Of a DNA stretch of 64,000 nt, positions 1-10,509 are shown one piece after another. Under the pieces are notes generated by a model. That model did not search any database, was not told where the DNA came from, and was given only the letters and a program-made list of their open reading frames with translations. Position 1 is the first letter of the stretch; each line of letters opens with the position of its first letter. Position numbers and translations under genes: made by a program. Where the stretch lies: positions 4,714 to 68,713 of the IMG/VR virus record IMGVR_UViG_3300025009_000088. One strand, given 5' to 3'. Source of the DNA: a virus.

Positions 1-100
1 TTTCTAGCAACAATTCTTTTAGCGCGGAAATTACCTCGTCATAATGCTTGACAAGACTAACCGAATCTTTGTATGTGAAACTGCCGTTTTTTTCTGTCAT
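1..100 (-). CDS. Partial hypothetical protein running off the window (MTEKNGSFTYKDSVSLVKHYDEVISALKELLLE...)
   Basis: ATG at 100-98 overlaps the TGA of the upstream gene (ATGA coupling); open to position 1. Confidence 0.55.
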   Translation of the reverse strand, partial: MTEKNGSFTYKDSVSLVKHYDEVISALKELLLE

Positions 101-1908
101 GCAGAAATCTCCGTTACTGTAATCGAGCTTACAAATGCTCCGCCTAAATATCTACTTCCGCCAGACCCGTTTACCGTTAGCGTTCCAGAAACATTAGACC
201 CAACTCGAATCTTGAATGTAATTGGGCTAGTTGTTCCAGCAACCATCCAGTGAGCAATGTTCAAATAAGTAGAATAACCGCCCAACTGTCCAGAAACAGT
301 CGCGCTCAACGCATCTGCGACAGAATCTTGGAATAAGGCTACAATCCTATTACTGGTGGCTGAATGAGAAACATGCACAATGACTTCAATTAGCAGTTTG
401 TTAGATGCGCTTGACGGAGTAATGGAGACTGTCATAATCTCCTCGCCCTCTGTGTTCTGCGGTATCGTATCGTCCCAAGGGATTAGCGTGGTGTGGGCGG
501 AACCAGTTGCCATTGACGTATTCACAACTTGCATAATCTTCTGCGCAGAAGACGAGCCTGTTACAAATACCGTTGCAACAGAACCGCTCATAGTTACGTC
601 TATGTTGTCTCCAACGAAGTTCAACACAGAGCCGGTTCCAAGCGGAGTTCCTTCATTCCAGATAATTACGCCATCTGCGTTTACGGGCGCTGGCAAATTT
701 GTCACGTTGATTTGCGCGGTTGACCCAGATATTGTTGCAGATAAGTTGTCTCCAAAGTTTAGGAGTAGCGCGCTTCCCTGCGAACTTCCGTCATCAAGGA
801 TAACTACAGAACCAGTGATCGGCGGATTTGCCGATCCTCCAACCGAACCAGTAATAAATAATCTCGCAACCGAACCGCTTATGCTTACGTCCGCATTTGC
901 CCCAACCACATTCAATATCAGTGCGGAACCTTGAATAACTCCTTCGTCTTGGAAAACAATTGAACCCGTGATTGGAGGCTCGGCGGAACCGCCAGCAGAA
1001 CCGGATACAATCTCCCACGCGCCGTCTTTTCGACCATAAACATACCCGTCCGAAGGCGCGTCCGTCAGTAAAAGACTGTCGCTTCCTCCATATGGAAAAG
1101 TATGTAAGTTTCCATCGGAACTAGCCCAAACCGTCCTGTCTCCCGACATTGGAGACGATATTCCGGTTTGTATTTCTAGGCTTATCTTTCCAAACCAACC
1201 AGATAACCAATGCTTATTGGGCTGACCAAGCCCCCAACTCATATCTGCGCTTGGGATAATGTCTGTGTTTACGGCAGTTGTTCCGAGGTTGCTTAGTTCG
1301 GTATTTGCCCCAGAAGCAGAGCCAGTTATAAATAGTCTTGCGACTGTTCCGCTTATACTAACGTCTGCGTTTATCCCAATAATGTCTAATATTGTTGCCG
1401 ATCCCTTAGTAACCCCTTCGTCCCAAAATACAATAGAGCCCGTAACTGGCTGGTTTCCAGTGCTGTCTATTATGGCTACGCGGGCCGTGTCTCCAACCAT
1501 AGTAACGCTTACGTTGTCTCCAACAAAGTTTAGCGTCGTGCCAGTTCCAACAGCAAGTCCTTCGTCCTGTACGGCAATAGAAGGTACTAAATAGTGGCTA
1601 TGTTCTGGCAGGAACGAAGAACTTGCCCCCCAACTTGCGTATCTCTTCGAATCTCTGCTTGTGATTTTATATATTCCGCCAACCCAATTTAGCAAAACCG
1701 GAAGATCGTATACTGCGGAAACTTTATCGTTGAATACCTGAACTATTTCGTTGGTATTTCTCAGGCGCACATATACATATCCGGCGCGCCCAGGAACAAG
1801 AACTGTTTTCGAGGTTACGGGAAGTCCGAGGATGCCAGCGATTTCCTGTTTTTCCTGCGGTCTATCTTTGCTATATTTTTTGAATTGCTTAAAAAGTTTA
1901 TTGTTCAT
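97..1908 (-). CDS. Tail fibre / minor tail protein with five internal ~40-aa repeats
   Basis: Five repeats of (Q/W/L)(D/N)(E/D)G...LN(F/V)VG.N..V..SG..A; Ser/Thr/Gly-rich; 'DAPSDG..YGRKDGAW' segment typical of fibres; last gene of tail module. Confidence 0.7.
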   Translation of the reverse strand: MNNKLFKQFKKYSKDRPQEKQEIAGILGLPVTSKTVLVPGRAGYVYVRLRNTNEIVQVFNDKVSAVYDLPVLLNWVGGIYKITSRDSKRYASWGASSSFLPEHSHYLVPSIAVQDEGLAVGTGTTLNFVGDNVSVTMVGDTARVAIIDSTGNQPVTGSIVFWDEGVTKGSATILDIIGINADVSISGTVARLFITGSASGANTELSNLGTTAVNTDIIPSADMSWGLGQPNKHWLSGWFGKISLEIQTGISSPMSGDRTVWASSDGNLHTFPYGGSDSLLLTDAPSDGYVYGRKDGAWEIVSGSAGGSAEPPITGSIVFQDEGVIQGSALILNVVGANADVSISGSVARLFITGSVGGSANPPITGSVVILDDGSSQGSALLLNFGDNLSATISGSTAQINVTNLPAPVNADGVIIWNEGTPLGTGSVLNFVGDNIDVTMSGSVATVFVTGSSSAQKIMQVVNTSMATGSAHTTLIPWDDTIPQNTEGEEIMTVSITPSSASNKLLIEVIVHVSHSATSNRIVALFQDSVADALSATVSGQLGGYSTYLNIAHWMVAGTTSPITFKIRVGSNVSGTLTVNGSGGSRYLGGAFVSSITVTEISA

Positions 1909-1910
1909 TA

Positions 1911-2879
1911 CTAACTCGTCTCTAGTATCATTACGTTTCTCGCTCCAGATGTCATTACATAATTTCCGCCATCGGTAGAAACCGCAACGAATAGATTATT
2001 GTTGTAGGCTACGGATTGCCATTGATTATCCTCTGCGCTTACTCTTATTGTCCAAGTAATTCCATCAGGAGAGGTCATTACTAATGCGTTTGGATCGGAA
2101 TAGCCGCTGGCGGCGGCTACCGCTACGAAAAGACCTCCGCCAAATGAAACAGAGTTCCAAGAACAGTGTGTTGCGCTTTCCCTCAGCGTCCAAACAACCC
2201 CATCTGGCGATGTCATTACTAGATGATTTGGATTAGGGTCGCCAACCTCTGCGCCTGCAACCGCAACGAAAATGCCCTTTCCGTATGTAACTCCAGTCCA
2301 ATAATAATCTGCCGCGCTTGCTCTCTCTGTCCAGGTAATTCCGTCTGGAGAAGTAATTACGCGGTTTCCAACACCAGTTCTGGATACTGCAACAAACAAT
2401 CCATTTCCGTAAGTTACCGACATCCATTCATTGTCTACCGTTTCTACGGAAGTTGCCCACGCGCTTCCGTCTGTAGAGTACATTATCTTATCTCTAGCAA
2501 AACCATCAACAGCAACAGCAACAAACGTTCCATCTCCGTAAGCGACGGAGCGCCAAGGAACATCGTTTATATATAGTCCTGGGTCTACCGCTGTCCACGA
2601 GATGCCGTCTGTCGAAGTCATCACTCGATAAACGCCGCCGCCTTCTGGAAGATTCCACCCCACTGCCACAAAAACGCCATTTCCATAAGCAACAGAGTAC
2701 CACATATTCTCTGATGCGGCTGTTCTTGCTGTCCACTCAATTCCATCAGGAGAGGTCATTACACGAACTGTTCCGGCAGACGCAACAGCTACCCACAATC
2801 CGCCACCATAAACAACAGATCGCCAGTGGCTACTCTGAACGCCTAACCTTGGAAACCAAACGATACCAGCCTGCGTCAT
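1911..2879 (-). CDS. Seven-repeat beta-propeller (Asp-box/BNR-like) tail-associated protein
   Basis: Seven WxSVxYGxGxFVAV...MTSPDGxxW repeats. Confidence 0.8.
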   Translation of the reverse strand: MTQAGIVWFPRLGVQSSHWRSVVYGGGLWVAVASAGTVRVMTSPDGIEWTARTAASENMWYSVAYGNGVFVAVGWNLPEGGGVYRVMTSTDGISWTAVDPGLYINDVPWRSVAYGDGTFVAVAVDGFARDKIMYSTDGSAWATSVETVDNEWMSVTYGNGLFVAVSRTGVGNRVITSPDGITWTERASAADYYWTGVTYGKGIFVAVAGAEVGDPNPNHLVMTSPDGVVWTLRESATHCSWNSVSFGGGLFVAVAAASGYSDPNALVMTSPDGITWTIRVSAEDNQWQSVAYNNNLFVAVSTDGGNYVMTSGARNVMILETS

Positions 2880-5128
2880 GGATACACCAGCGCAAGTGTT
2901 ACGACAAATTTTTCTACCGCACCGTCAACCGCAGAAATATCTAGCCACAGCCAGTTTCCGGCTGGCAAGGCACTTGAAAGAAGCCCGGACGATACCCCGC
3001 TTGTTGATGCTACCAAATCCGAGGCGGCTATATCTGTTCCTGCCGCGCCAATTGCGTTTCTTGATTCAATGTTAAATGTAACGGAGGTTCCACCAACGCA
3101 GTAGGCAGAGATGTTGGTTGCCGTGCGGGGTATATTCATAAGAGGGCCGGGAACCCCGCCTACGATAGGCGTGTCTATGGAAAACGTATAAGTTACGCCA
3201 GCCATCATCCCAACGGTTCCAGACGGAAACTCTGGAAGTTTTGGAGCATTATAACCGCCCCCTCCAGGGTCTATTGGAATATCTGGAATTGGCATTGTCT
3301 CAACAACATCACCGTTTACAACCGGAATTACGCTTGTTGAGGCAAGCAACAATTTACTCACTGGGTCGTATATGTAGGTTAATGAGTTTGGATTGAAGTC
3401 CATGTGAATTGTTACGTTGCGGTTCGTGTCCGCGGGGTCAATGATAATATTCAAAGACTCTTGCGGCGCAATATCTATGTTTCTATATGAGCCTGCCAAA
3501 TCCATTTCAATTGACTGGTATTTATAGTTTCTGAAAGCAAACAGATTTCCGACAATCTGATTTAGGTGCGCCTGACTATTTAACGCCAAGCCCTGCGTTT
3601 GTTCCATTGCGCCACGATACGAAGGCGCTTCTCCTGGAGAACAAGCCATACGAGCCGCAACCGTTCCTGTACCGGACGGATCATACTGAATACCGCCCAT
3701 TTCAAGATAAGACAACGCGGGAGTAGTCAATTCGTCTATGACTGGACTGTTCGCCCAATCCCTATTTGTCATTTGCATGGTTGTGCGATACGTGCCAGTT
3801 TCGGAAATGGTTATATCCGGTTCAACCCAAATCTTTCCTTGCCTGTCTGAAACCGCCTTGCCCACAACCGCAGAGCGCACCACATTATCAATTGCATCGT
3901 ATATGGACGACCTGTCGGAGTCGAAGTATTGAAGTTGCGGATTAGTGCCAACATAACTTACGTCAGTTGTCAAAAGAACAGTGGATTGCCACTTGAGAAA
4001 ATGGTAAATCGCACGTTCCATATCCATTTGTTGAAGTTCGTACCATGTGTCAGGAGCATTATTGCTTTCAACTGATATTGAAAAACCAACCATTTGTTGC
4101 AGGTATCTTGTAATGCTTCCAACGTCAAATCTAACCGTACTGGTTGAATAATCGTACTGAATACTTCCGTCAAGCACATGCCCGACAAAGAATATCGAAG
4201 AATTGTTTTCCTGATTTCCGCCAAGACTTATCTTTGTGCTTCCGTAATAGTCTCTTGAGAATATTACAATGACGGAGCCTTCTTCGATCAGTGTTTCGTC
4301 AACGGTTTCGTGCAAAATAATGGATGCTGTGTAGCCTCCCTCATCACGAGAACCAGCAAGATTTTCCAACGACCATCTTTGGAACGGAAGACTTGTGCCG
4401 CTTTCCATTTGGTTATAGATAGACACATACCTATACGACGTTTCCATTGCGCCGTTAGAGCCGGAAACCATCAATTTTGTCACATAATGACCGGGCGTAT
4501 TGTAAACAACATACCCAGGATGGTCGCTTACGGAGCCTGTTGGGTCGCCTCCTTCAAAAGCCCAATCGTAAGCAAACGTAGTTCCGGCTTGTAGTGCAGA
4601 AGTTCCGCTGGATGTGTACCAAAGCTGAGCAGAACCACCCTCAAGAAATGCGGCTCTGTGCGATCCCATGTTTGGAAACGCACCAAGAACGGAGTTTTGG
4701 TCATCATACTCAACGTCGTAGTCTTTGTAAAAAATTACCTTCTCCGGATCTGCCGGGTCTTGAATAATTCTCGGATATACTGGCAATACTTCAAAATACC
4801 GATAAACAGTCAGCAGTGCGTTATTTGCCCACTCTACATCCGAGTTTTCTGCGACAACTATATGAGCCACGGTAATGGATTTTACCCTTGTCTTTCCAAG
4901 GCTTTTTGGATTCGCCAAAGTTCCGACGCACAAAACCATTCCCGGTTCAACGTCAAGATAGCTTCCCTCTATTATCGTATCGTAATCAATGGTTCTTTCG
5001 CCCTTCGCAATAAGGGTATCGTCAACGCGACAACGAAAAGCAATCCTCGGCTGGAATACAGATAAAAACAGTTCTGTACTTTGCGGGCGTTTTCGAATTA
5101 GCTCTAGGTTGGCATCTGAAATCTGCAT
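2876..5128 (-). CDS. Tail tip / hub-like minor tail protein (PKD-like segment)
   Basis: 750 aa, two genes after tape measure; 'YDWAFEGG...YNTPGHY..KL.V' PKD-like stretch. Confidence 0.6.
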   Translation of the reverse strand: MQISDANLELIRKRPQSTELFLSVFQPRIAFRCRVDDTLIAKGERTIDYDTIIEGSYLDVEPGMVLCVGTLANPKSLGKTRVKSITVAHIVVAENSDVEWANNALLTVYRYFEVLPVYPRIIQDPADPEKVIFYKDYDVEYDDQNSVLGAFPNMGSHRAAFLEGGSAQLWYTSSGTSALQAGTTFAYDWAFEGGDPTGSVSDHPGYVVYNTPGHYVTKLMVSGSNGAMETSYRYVSIYNQMESGTSLPFQRWSLENLAGSRDEGGYTASIILHETVDETLIEEGSVIVIFSRDYYGSTKISLGGNQENNSSIFFVGHVLDGSIQYDYSTSTVRFDVGSITRYLQQMVGFSISVESNNAPDTWYELQQMDMERAIYHFLKWQSTVLLTTDVSYVGTNPQLQYFDSDRSSIYDAIDNVVRSAVVGKAVSDRQGKIWVEPDITISETGTYRTTMQMTNRDWANSPVIDELTTPALSYLEMGGIQYDPSGTGTVAARMACSPGEAPSYRGAMEQTQGLALNSQAHLNQIVGNLFAFRNYKYQSIEMDLAGSYRNIDIAPQESLNIIIDPADTNRNVTIHMDFNPNSLTYIYDPVSKLLLASTSVIPVVNGDVVETMPIPDIPIDPGGGGYNAPKLPEFPSGTVGMMAGVTYTFSIDTPIVGGVPGPLMNIPRTATNISAYCVGGTSVTFNIESRNAIGAAGTDIAASDLVASTSGVSSGLLSSALPAGNWLWLDISAVDGAVEKFVVTLALVYP

Positions 5129-5488
5129 TTATGCTCTTATGCTGGAGATCAAAAGGACGACATTTTCGTAAAAATTTTCGAAGAAATTATCAAATCCCGG
5201 TTCGTCAATAACGCAGCCGCTATAGGCATAAAACTCGTAAGTGGTGTCGTTATATTTTGGCAACGAGGCAACGACAGTTCCAGTAATTCCAAACGAATTG
5301 TAAAATGTAAGCAACTGCGTAAATTCAGACGCGGACATATAATCCCATTGCATTTGGAATTGAGAGAGCGCAGGATAAATGCCGTGTCCGCCTCCGTCTA
5401 TGCCGACGCTTGACCTCTTTATCCAGTTGTGTTTTGTTGGCTGAATGGAAAGCGCGGTTCCATTGATTGCAAATGTGTTTACAGTCAT
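5129..5488 (-). CDS. Minor tail protein (distal-tail position)
   Basis: Small beta-rich ORF directly after tape measure. Confidence 0.5.
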   Translation of the reverse strand: MTVNTFAINGTALSIQPTKHNWIKRSSVGIDGGGHGIYPALSQFQMQWDYMSASEFTQLLTFYNSFGITGTVVASLPKYNDTTYEFYAYSGCVIDEPGFDNFFENFYENVVLLISSIRA

Positions 5489-5491
5489 TAT

Positions 5492-8098
5492 TTATCCTTT
5501 ACTGCGACTGACGCGGGCGATTACTTCCGCTGTTTTCGACAGAGAATTGCGAATAACTCTTGCTTCCAAGTCCGGCGAAAGAAGCATTTCAATCGAAATC
5601 TTTCCGCCTAGTCCACCACCACCAGAGAGATTGGCAAATACATCGTTCACATTACTGCCAATTCTATTGAGCGGAGTAAAGGTTGCCATCTCAAGCCCTC
5701 GTTCTCCAAACAGGGCTACGGTCGGCTTGTCTGCGATAACCGTACCGCCACCAGCGTAATTTCCTCCACCGTACTGATATAGCGGCGGAGGAGTGGGAGG
5801 CGGAGTTCCAACCAGTCCTTGCGTTGCCTGTATCATCGCCATTGAGTTTGCGTACATCGCGCCAATCTGTGCATAAAGAGATGACATGAAGTTGTACATT
5901 TCCTGCATGGCTCGAATGTTTTCTGCGGTAAACGATTCGATTACTCCGTTTATCATTTCCTGATACAGCTTGTGCGCACCGTATTCTGCTTCGTATGCGT
6001 CCATCAACTGCTTCATCTTCTCTTCTGCGTGGCGTTGAATTTCTTCCATCTCTCTTTGGTTCCAGAGCGCAAGTTCTTCAAGTTCGCGCTCTTTCCAAAG
6101 ATTGATTTTCTCAAGTTCTCTTTGTTTTTCAATTTCAAGTTCTTGGAGCTTTTGCGCGTACTCTCTCTGAACGGCCTCGATTCTTCTCTGCTCTTCGATA
6201 CGAATAGCCGCAAGGTCAGCCGCCAACTGCTCTTTGCGAAGTTTATCTTCGAGTGCCTTGCGCTCGTAAAGTTGTTTCTTGTCAAACTCGTATTGTTTCA
6301 GGAGGCGAAGAACCTGTCGGGCATCTCGCGCATGGAGAGCGTCGTCCAAGTCCATCATAAACTGCTCGCGCAGTTCTTTTAGTTTTTGCTGAAACTCCAT
6401 TTCAGCGCGTAGTTGATCTTCTCGATATTCGCGCTGTGCATCTTCGATTTTCTGCTGTGCGTCAATATGAATTTCGGCAATATCCTGCTCAAGTTCTCGT
6501 GTCGCATCTTCGATCTTCTGCTGAAATTCAATCTCGACATCTTCTACTTTGATTTCCGCATTGATTAGAATGTCTTGATACTTTTGCTCTGTAAGAATTT
6601 CTAGTTCTCGCCTAGCCTGCCTAGCCTTTTCTGCGACCTCTTCAAGGTCTTCTCCTAGCTCGTCTAGCGCATCCAGGGCGTCTTGCGAAACGCCGTCCCC
6701 TTCTGTTTCAATCGGTATTACTATGGTTGGCGTATCTGGAATATCCAGCGCGCCGTCAATAAGTTTCTTGAACCACTCTGGCGCATCTCCCGGCATCCCA
6801 TTAAATAAAGACCGTATCTCAAAATTGAATATTGTTCTCCACGCTGTAGGAAAATCTGTCAATACTTCCCAAAGCGCAACTAAATTATTCTTTCCTTCTC
6901 TTATTTTTTCTACAAACGAACCAAGAGAGTATATAATCCCGTCAACGGTGGCGACCCATACCGCGCCAAATAGTTTCCATGTATTTATCACGGCAGTTAG
7001 AAGATCAAGAAGTCCGGTAAGTCCTGGCGCGATTGTGGTCATAAATCCGCCAAATGCCGTCTTGACATCCTCCCACGAAGCCGCGTTTGCCTTTACCTTT
7101 GCGGAGTTTGTTTCGAGATACTTAGAATACTCTTTCAGAGCCTCAAGCGCACGGTCTTCTATAATCGCAGTCTTGACCTGCGCCCTTTGTTCTATCGTCA
7201 AATTACTTGCGGCTTCCCCTGCCTGTAGGTATCCAAGCTCTACGGCTTTTAGTTGCATCGCCAATTCGCCAAACTGGACATTTATAGAGGCGATACTTCT
7301 TGATTGAGAAGAGATAAGCGCCGTCATCATTTTGTCTGTTGTTTCTTGCAGACTCTCGGATGATTGCGACACCACGTTCAGCACAGCGGCGTATCTTGTT
7401 AGGCTAACTATCTGTTCTTCTGAAAATCCGAATTGTTCCATGCCAGCCGCGAATGTGGACATACTGGCAAGCAAATCTGTTTCAGAGAATATCTTTAACT
7501 CTTCTTTTATTTTTGCAAGACCATCCGTAAGCCCTTGCATAGAAATTTCCACGCCCTGTTTCGACAACGCTACTTCGGCGGTATGAATCCTCCACAACGC
7601 CTCTTCCACGTCCATAAATGCTTTGACAGAGTCTTTTGCAAATTTTGTGATGGCAGATAGAACAACATTCACCAGCATGGCAGTTAGAACGCCCATCGCA
7701 GTGCGAATTATGTCAATAGAATATTTAGATTTCTTAGCCGCGCTATTCATATTGTTGCCGATATTTTGTATAGGCGCTTTCGTCTTTTCTGCGGCTTTTC
7801 CAATCCCCTCCACGCCCTTCGCAACTTGCGTAGCTCGTTCTATGTCTGTATTTGAAATTCCAAGAGTTCCGAATTTTCCGCCACTCGCGGCGTTCAGTTT
7901 TTGTAGTTTCTGCGCCATTACATCAATAGACACGCCAGCAGAGTTTGCCATTGCTTGCAAAGACTTGGCGATCATCGCAATGCGCGTTGCCGAACTCTCT
8001 ACCTTCGAATCTAGGTTTTTCAAGGACTGCAAAACGCCCTTGGTGTCCAAGAGTATTTGAGTTGCGATTATATCTATTGCACTAGACGGGAGACTCAT
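5492..8098 (-). CDS. Tail tape measure protein
   Basis: 868 aa Ala-rich helical protein with hydrophobic stretches and long coiled-coil; follows tail tube and chaperone genes. Confidence 0.85.
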   Translation of the reverse strand: MSLPSSAIDIIATQILLDTKGVLQSLKNLDSKVESSATRIAMIAKSLQAMANSAGVSIDVMAQKLQKLNAASGGKFGTLGISNTDIERATQVAKGVEGIGKAAEKTKAPIQNIGNNMNSAAKKSKYSIDIIRTAMGVLTAMLVNVVLSAITKFAKDSVKAFMDVEEALWRIHTAEVALSKQGVEISMQGLTDGLAKIKEELKIFSETDLLASMSTFAAGMEQFGFSEEQIVSLTRYAAVLNVVSQSSESLQETTDKMMTALISSQSRSIASINVQFGELAMQLKAVELGYLQAGEAASNLTIEQRAQVKTAIIEDRALEALKEYSKYLETNSAKVKANAASWEDVKTAFGGFMTTIAPGLTGLLDLLTAVINTWKLFGAVWVATVDGIIYSLGSFVEKIREGKNNLVALWEVLTDFPTAWRTIFNFEIRSLFNGMPGDAPEWFKKLIDGALDIPDTPTIVIPIETEGDGVSQDALDALDELGEDLEEVAEKARQARRELEILTEQKYQDILINAEIKVEDVEIEFQQKIEDATRELEQDIAEIHIDAQQKIEDAQREYREDQLRAEMEFQQKLKELREQFMMDLDDALHARDARQVLRLLKQYEFDKKQLYERKALEDKLRKEQLAADLAAIRIEEQRRIEAVQREYAQKLQELEIEKQRELEKINLWKERELEELALWNQREMEEIQRHAEEKMKQLMDAYEAEYGAHKLYQEMINGVIESFTAENIRAMQEMYNFMSSLYAQIGAMYANSMAMIQATQGLVGTPPPTPPPLYQYGGGNYAGGGTVIADKPTVALFGERGLEMATFTPLNRIGSNVNDVFANLSGGGGLGGKISIEMLLSPDLEARVIRNSLSKTAEVIARVSRSKG

Positions 8099-8387
8099 TT
8101 TTTAATCCTAGAGAACGCGAGAACGAGATAAGAGACAGAATTTGGTTTTCTCGAAGTCCGTCAATGAAACAGGTCAAAATGTCAATCGAAATCTCTTTTT
8201 TGACATTTTCTTCTGTTTCTCCGGTAATCAAAATTACACCGTGTAAATAGTCCTCGGGAGTAATTTTTTCGATTATCCCAGAAACGAAGTCCAAAACAGA
8301 AACCGAACCCACATTCTTATCAACATTTTTCTCTAAGATTTGCGCTAGAAGCAGAGCATCTCGTAAGTTCAAAAGTCTGCTTTTCAT
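8082..8387 (-). CDS. Putative tail assembly chaperone (start MKSRLL)
   Basis: TAATG overlap with upstream gene at 8385-8389; position before tape measure. Confidence 0.5.
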   Translation of the reverse strand: MKSRLLNLRDALLLAQILEKNVDKNVGSVSVLDFVSGIIEKITPEDYLHGVILITGETEENVKKEISIDILTCFIDGLRENQILSLISFSRSLGLKNESPV

Positions 8388-9001
8388 TATTCGTCCACAT
8401 CCAAGTTTACTACAAGACCGACTGGAATCATATCCTGACGTATCTTTGTTTTGATAACCTTCCCCTTCTTCCGAATAGGCTTCATCCACTCTGGACGGTC
8501 AAGCGGTACAAACTTCGAACTCTTTGTAGATTTGTTGTACGATAAACTTTTCTCGCTCAAGCCCCATTCCCATTCTTTCTGCGCCTGATCTGAAAACAAT
8601 ATCTCCTGATAAAGACCAATCGCAATGTCAATATCAAGATTTGCTATTTCATCCTGCTTCCAGCCATAATTTCTAGCAAGGATGTTCAACCAAAAGTACC
8701 AAGTTCTTCCTTCGTAATCAAAGTAGCCCTTGTTATCTTCTTTTATCTTTTCAGAGAATATTGGAAAGTCTTTTGATGGAATGTTTTCAGAAACGCACGC
8801 GTTGAACAGTTCCGCAATCTCCGTCCAAGGAAGCGTTTCGAGGTCGGTATCTTCTTCTGTGCAAAGACTTATATATTTGAAGATTTGGTCGCAGACAGAA
8901 CCAATCATTCCGTTCTCTGCGGCAGTATCTATCCTCCCTCGTACATCTTCCAGTTCAGACCATTCTTTTAGTTTTAGCCTTCTCGGTTTTCTCATATTCA
9001 T
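8387..9001 (-). CDS. Putative tail assembly chaperone
   Basis: Between tail tube and tape measure; 'LARNYGWKQDEIANL' helical motif common in such chaperones. Confidence 0.5.
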   Translation of the reverse strand: MNMRKPRRLKLKEWSELEDVRGRIDTAAENGMIGSVCDQIFKYISLCTEEDTDLETLPWTEIAELFNACVSENIPSKDFPIFSEKIKEDNKGYFDYEGRTWYFWLNILARNYGWKQDEIANLDIDIAIGLYQEILFSDQAQKEWEWGLSEKSLSYNKSTKSSKFVPLDRPEWMKPIRKKGKVIKTKIRQDMIPVGLVVNLDVDE

Positions 9002-9010
9002 CCTTGAGAA

Positions 9011-9033
9011 CCGCCCGGCTTTTGACCGGGCGG
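9011..9033 (-). terminator. GC-rich hairpin after tail tube gene
   Basis: CCGCCCGG-7nt-CCGGGCGG just past the tail tube stop; weak U-tract. Confidence 0.55.
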
Positions 9034-9046
9034 CTACTCATTTAGC

Positions 9047-9685
9047 TTACGGAAGTGCCGAAAGATCGCCCCTCACTATCGTGGCGAATTTCTGCGAGGC
9101 GGGCATTGTTTCTGAAGCGAAGCCTCGGATTTTTACCCCTTCAACCATCCAGGGTTCGCCGTACTTCATGTTGATTGTCCAAGCGTCAATGAACTGGCCT
9201 CGGTGCAGGTGGAAGGCAACATAATCTCCAGCAACATCATCATACACCTTTGGGGCGTAGAACATATAATATTGGGAGTTCTGAATTGAGCCAATTCCAG
9301 CCTTCTCGTAACCAGTCCCTACTGTTGGCGCTGAGCCAAGATTGAGCATGTGGCGCAACGCGGTCAGGGGAAGCAGGGTGGTGAATGTGAACGAAAATTC
9401 AACATAGTCCCTGCGTTGAATAACGGACTTATCGCCGATTGAGTCGCAACGGACTTGATTGAGCGTTACGCCCTCCGATAGTGCCACATCCTGAATACAA
9501 CCGAGGCGATAGACTGGATAAGTGGACGTGCCGCTCAAGTTCCAGTAAAAGCCATCAGAATCAGGATTGTTCAGCGGGTTAGCCGTTGCGTCCTGAAAAT
9601 ACAAATATGGAGCACCGTCAAGATAGATTTCCTCTTGAGCGTCGATGTTCCCGACTGGTACGCCAGTCACCAAGGGTTCCGTCAT
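9047..9685 (-). CDS. Major tail tube protein
   Basis: 212 aa beta-rich, follows tail terminator-like gene, followed by hairpin and chaperones. Confidence 0.7.
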   Translation of the reverse strand: MTEPLVTGVPVGNIDAQEEIYLDGAPYLYFQDATANPLNNPDSDGFYWNLSGTSTYPVYRLGCIQDVALSEGVTLNQVRCDSIGDKSVIQRRDYVEFSFTFTTLLPLTALRHMLNLGSAPTVGTGYEKAGIGSIQNSQYYMFYAPKVYDDVAGDYVAFHLHRGQFIDAWTINMKYGEPWMVEGVKIRGFASETMPASQKFATIVRGDLSALP

Positions 9686-9688
9686 TGT

Positions 9689-9985
9689 TTAGTCTCCAGC
9701 GAGAGCAAAAATCTGGTTGCCTTCTGTCGTTCCACTTCCACAACATTGTCGGCCACCTTGACGTTTTTGCAGTAAAAACTCTACATCTAATTTGTCTACA
9801 TCTACAACCGATCCTGCTCCAGGGAATTTATACACTTGCTTCGAAACTTCTCCTGTAACCATTAGTATTGCGTCCAGCAAAAGGACGATACGCACGGTTT
9901 CAACCTGTTCCAAAGGTGGAGAAATCTTTTCAATGGATTTATACTTGCGTGGTTCTTCTACCCGTTGTGAATAATTGTTCGGCAT
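9689..9985 (-). CDS. Small Cys-Cys motif protein (similar to 26780..27031)
   Basis: VDxxDVxxLL...GG..CCG motif. Confidence 0.6.
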   Translation of the reverse strand: MPNNYSQRVEEPRKYKSIEKISPPLEQVETVRIVLLLDAILMVTGEVSKQVYKFPGAGSVVDVDKLDVEFLLQKRQGGRQCCGSGTTEGNQIFALAGD

Positions 9986-10362
9986 CGTATTTGCGATCTC
10001 CAGGTTAGTTCGTCTTGAGCAATTGCTGGAATATTTTCTAGTATATTAATATTCACAAATTTTATTCCATTTTGGCTAAAAGATAAATCCTGAAAAGTAG
10101 AGACAACTATTCCGGCAATGTGGTCTGCTTCTTTACTAGATGCCTTCTCACTGAATACATAGAATGAGAACTCGATCCCAGAAGGACAGACTATCCCATA
10201 TTGCGAGTCTATATGAATCCTAATGCACGGATAAGAGAAGTCTGTGCCTCTGTAGTTAAACTCTTTAATGCCAGTCGCGCCATCCGTTAGCGCGGCGATT
10301 ATTGTTGCGGTTGCCTGTGTCTTGGCTACGATTGCGGCTTTAATGAGTTCGTTTGAGATCAT
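9958..10362 (-). CDS. Tail terminator / tail completion protein
   Basis: Size, position and 'YPCIRI...FYVFSE..S.KEA..IA..V' pattern. Confidence 0.6.
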   Translation of the reverse strand: MISNELIKAAIVAKTQATATIIAALTDGATGIKEFNYRGTDFSYPCIRIHIDSQYGIVCPSGIEFSFYVFSEKASSKEADHIAGIVVSTFQDLSFSQNGIKFVNINILENIPAIAQDELTWRSQIRCRTIIHNG

Positions 10363-10509
10363 GGTTTACCTAGCGCAATTTTAACCCAAATAGGCATTTT
10401 TATGATAGAATGAATATTGTCGGCTGGGAAGAGCCAAGCTAGAATCGGCAACACCCGCTCCGCTTATGTGCTTCCCCACATAGGCGGGGCGGATTGCATT
10501 GGAGATAAT

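Noticed and set aside
8082-9001. Programmed frameshift between tail assembly chaperones
   Set aside because: The ORFs are joined by a simple TAATG overlap and I could not identify a convincing slippery heptamer at the junction.
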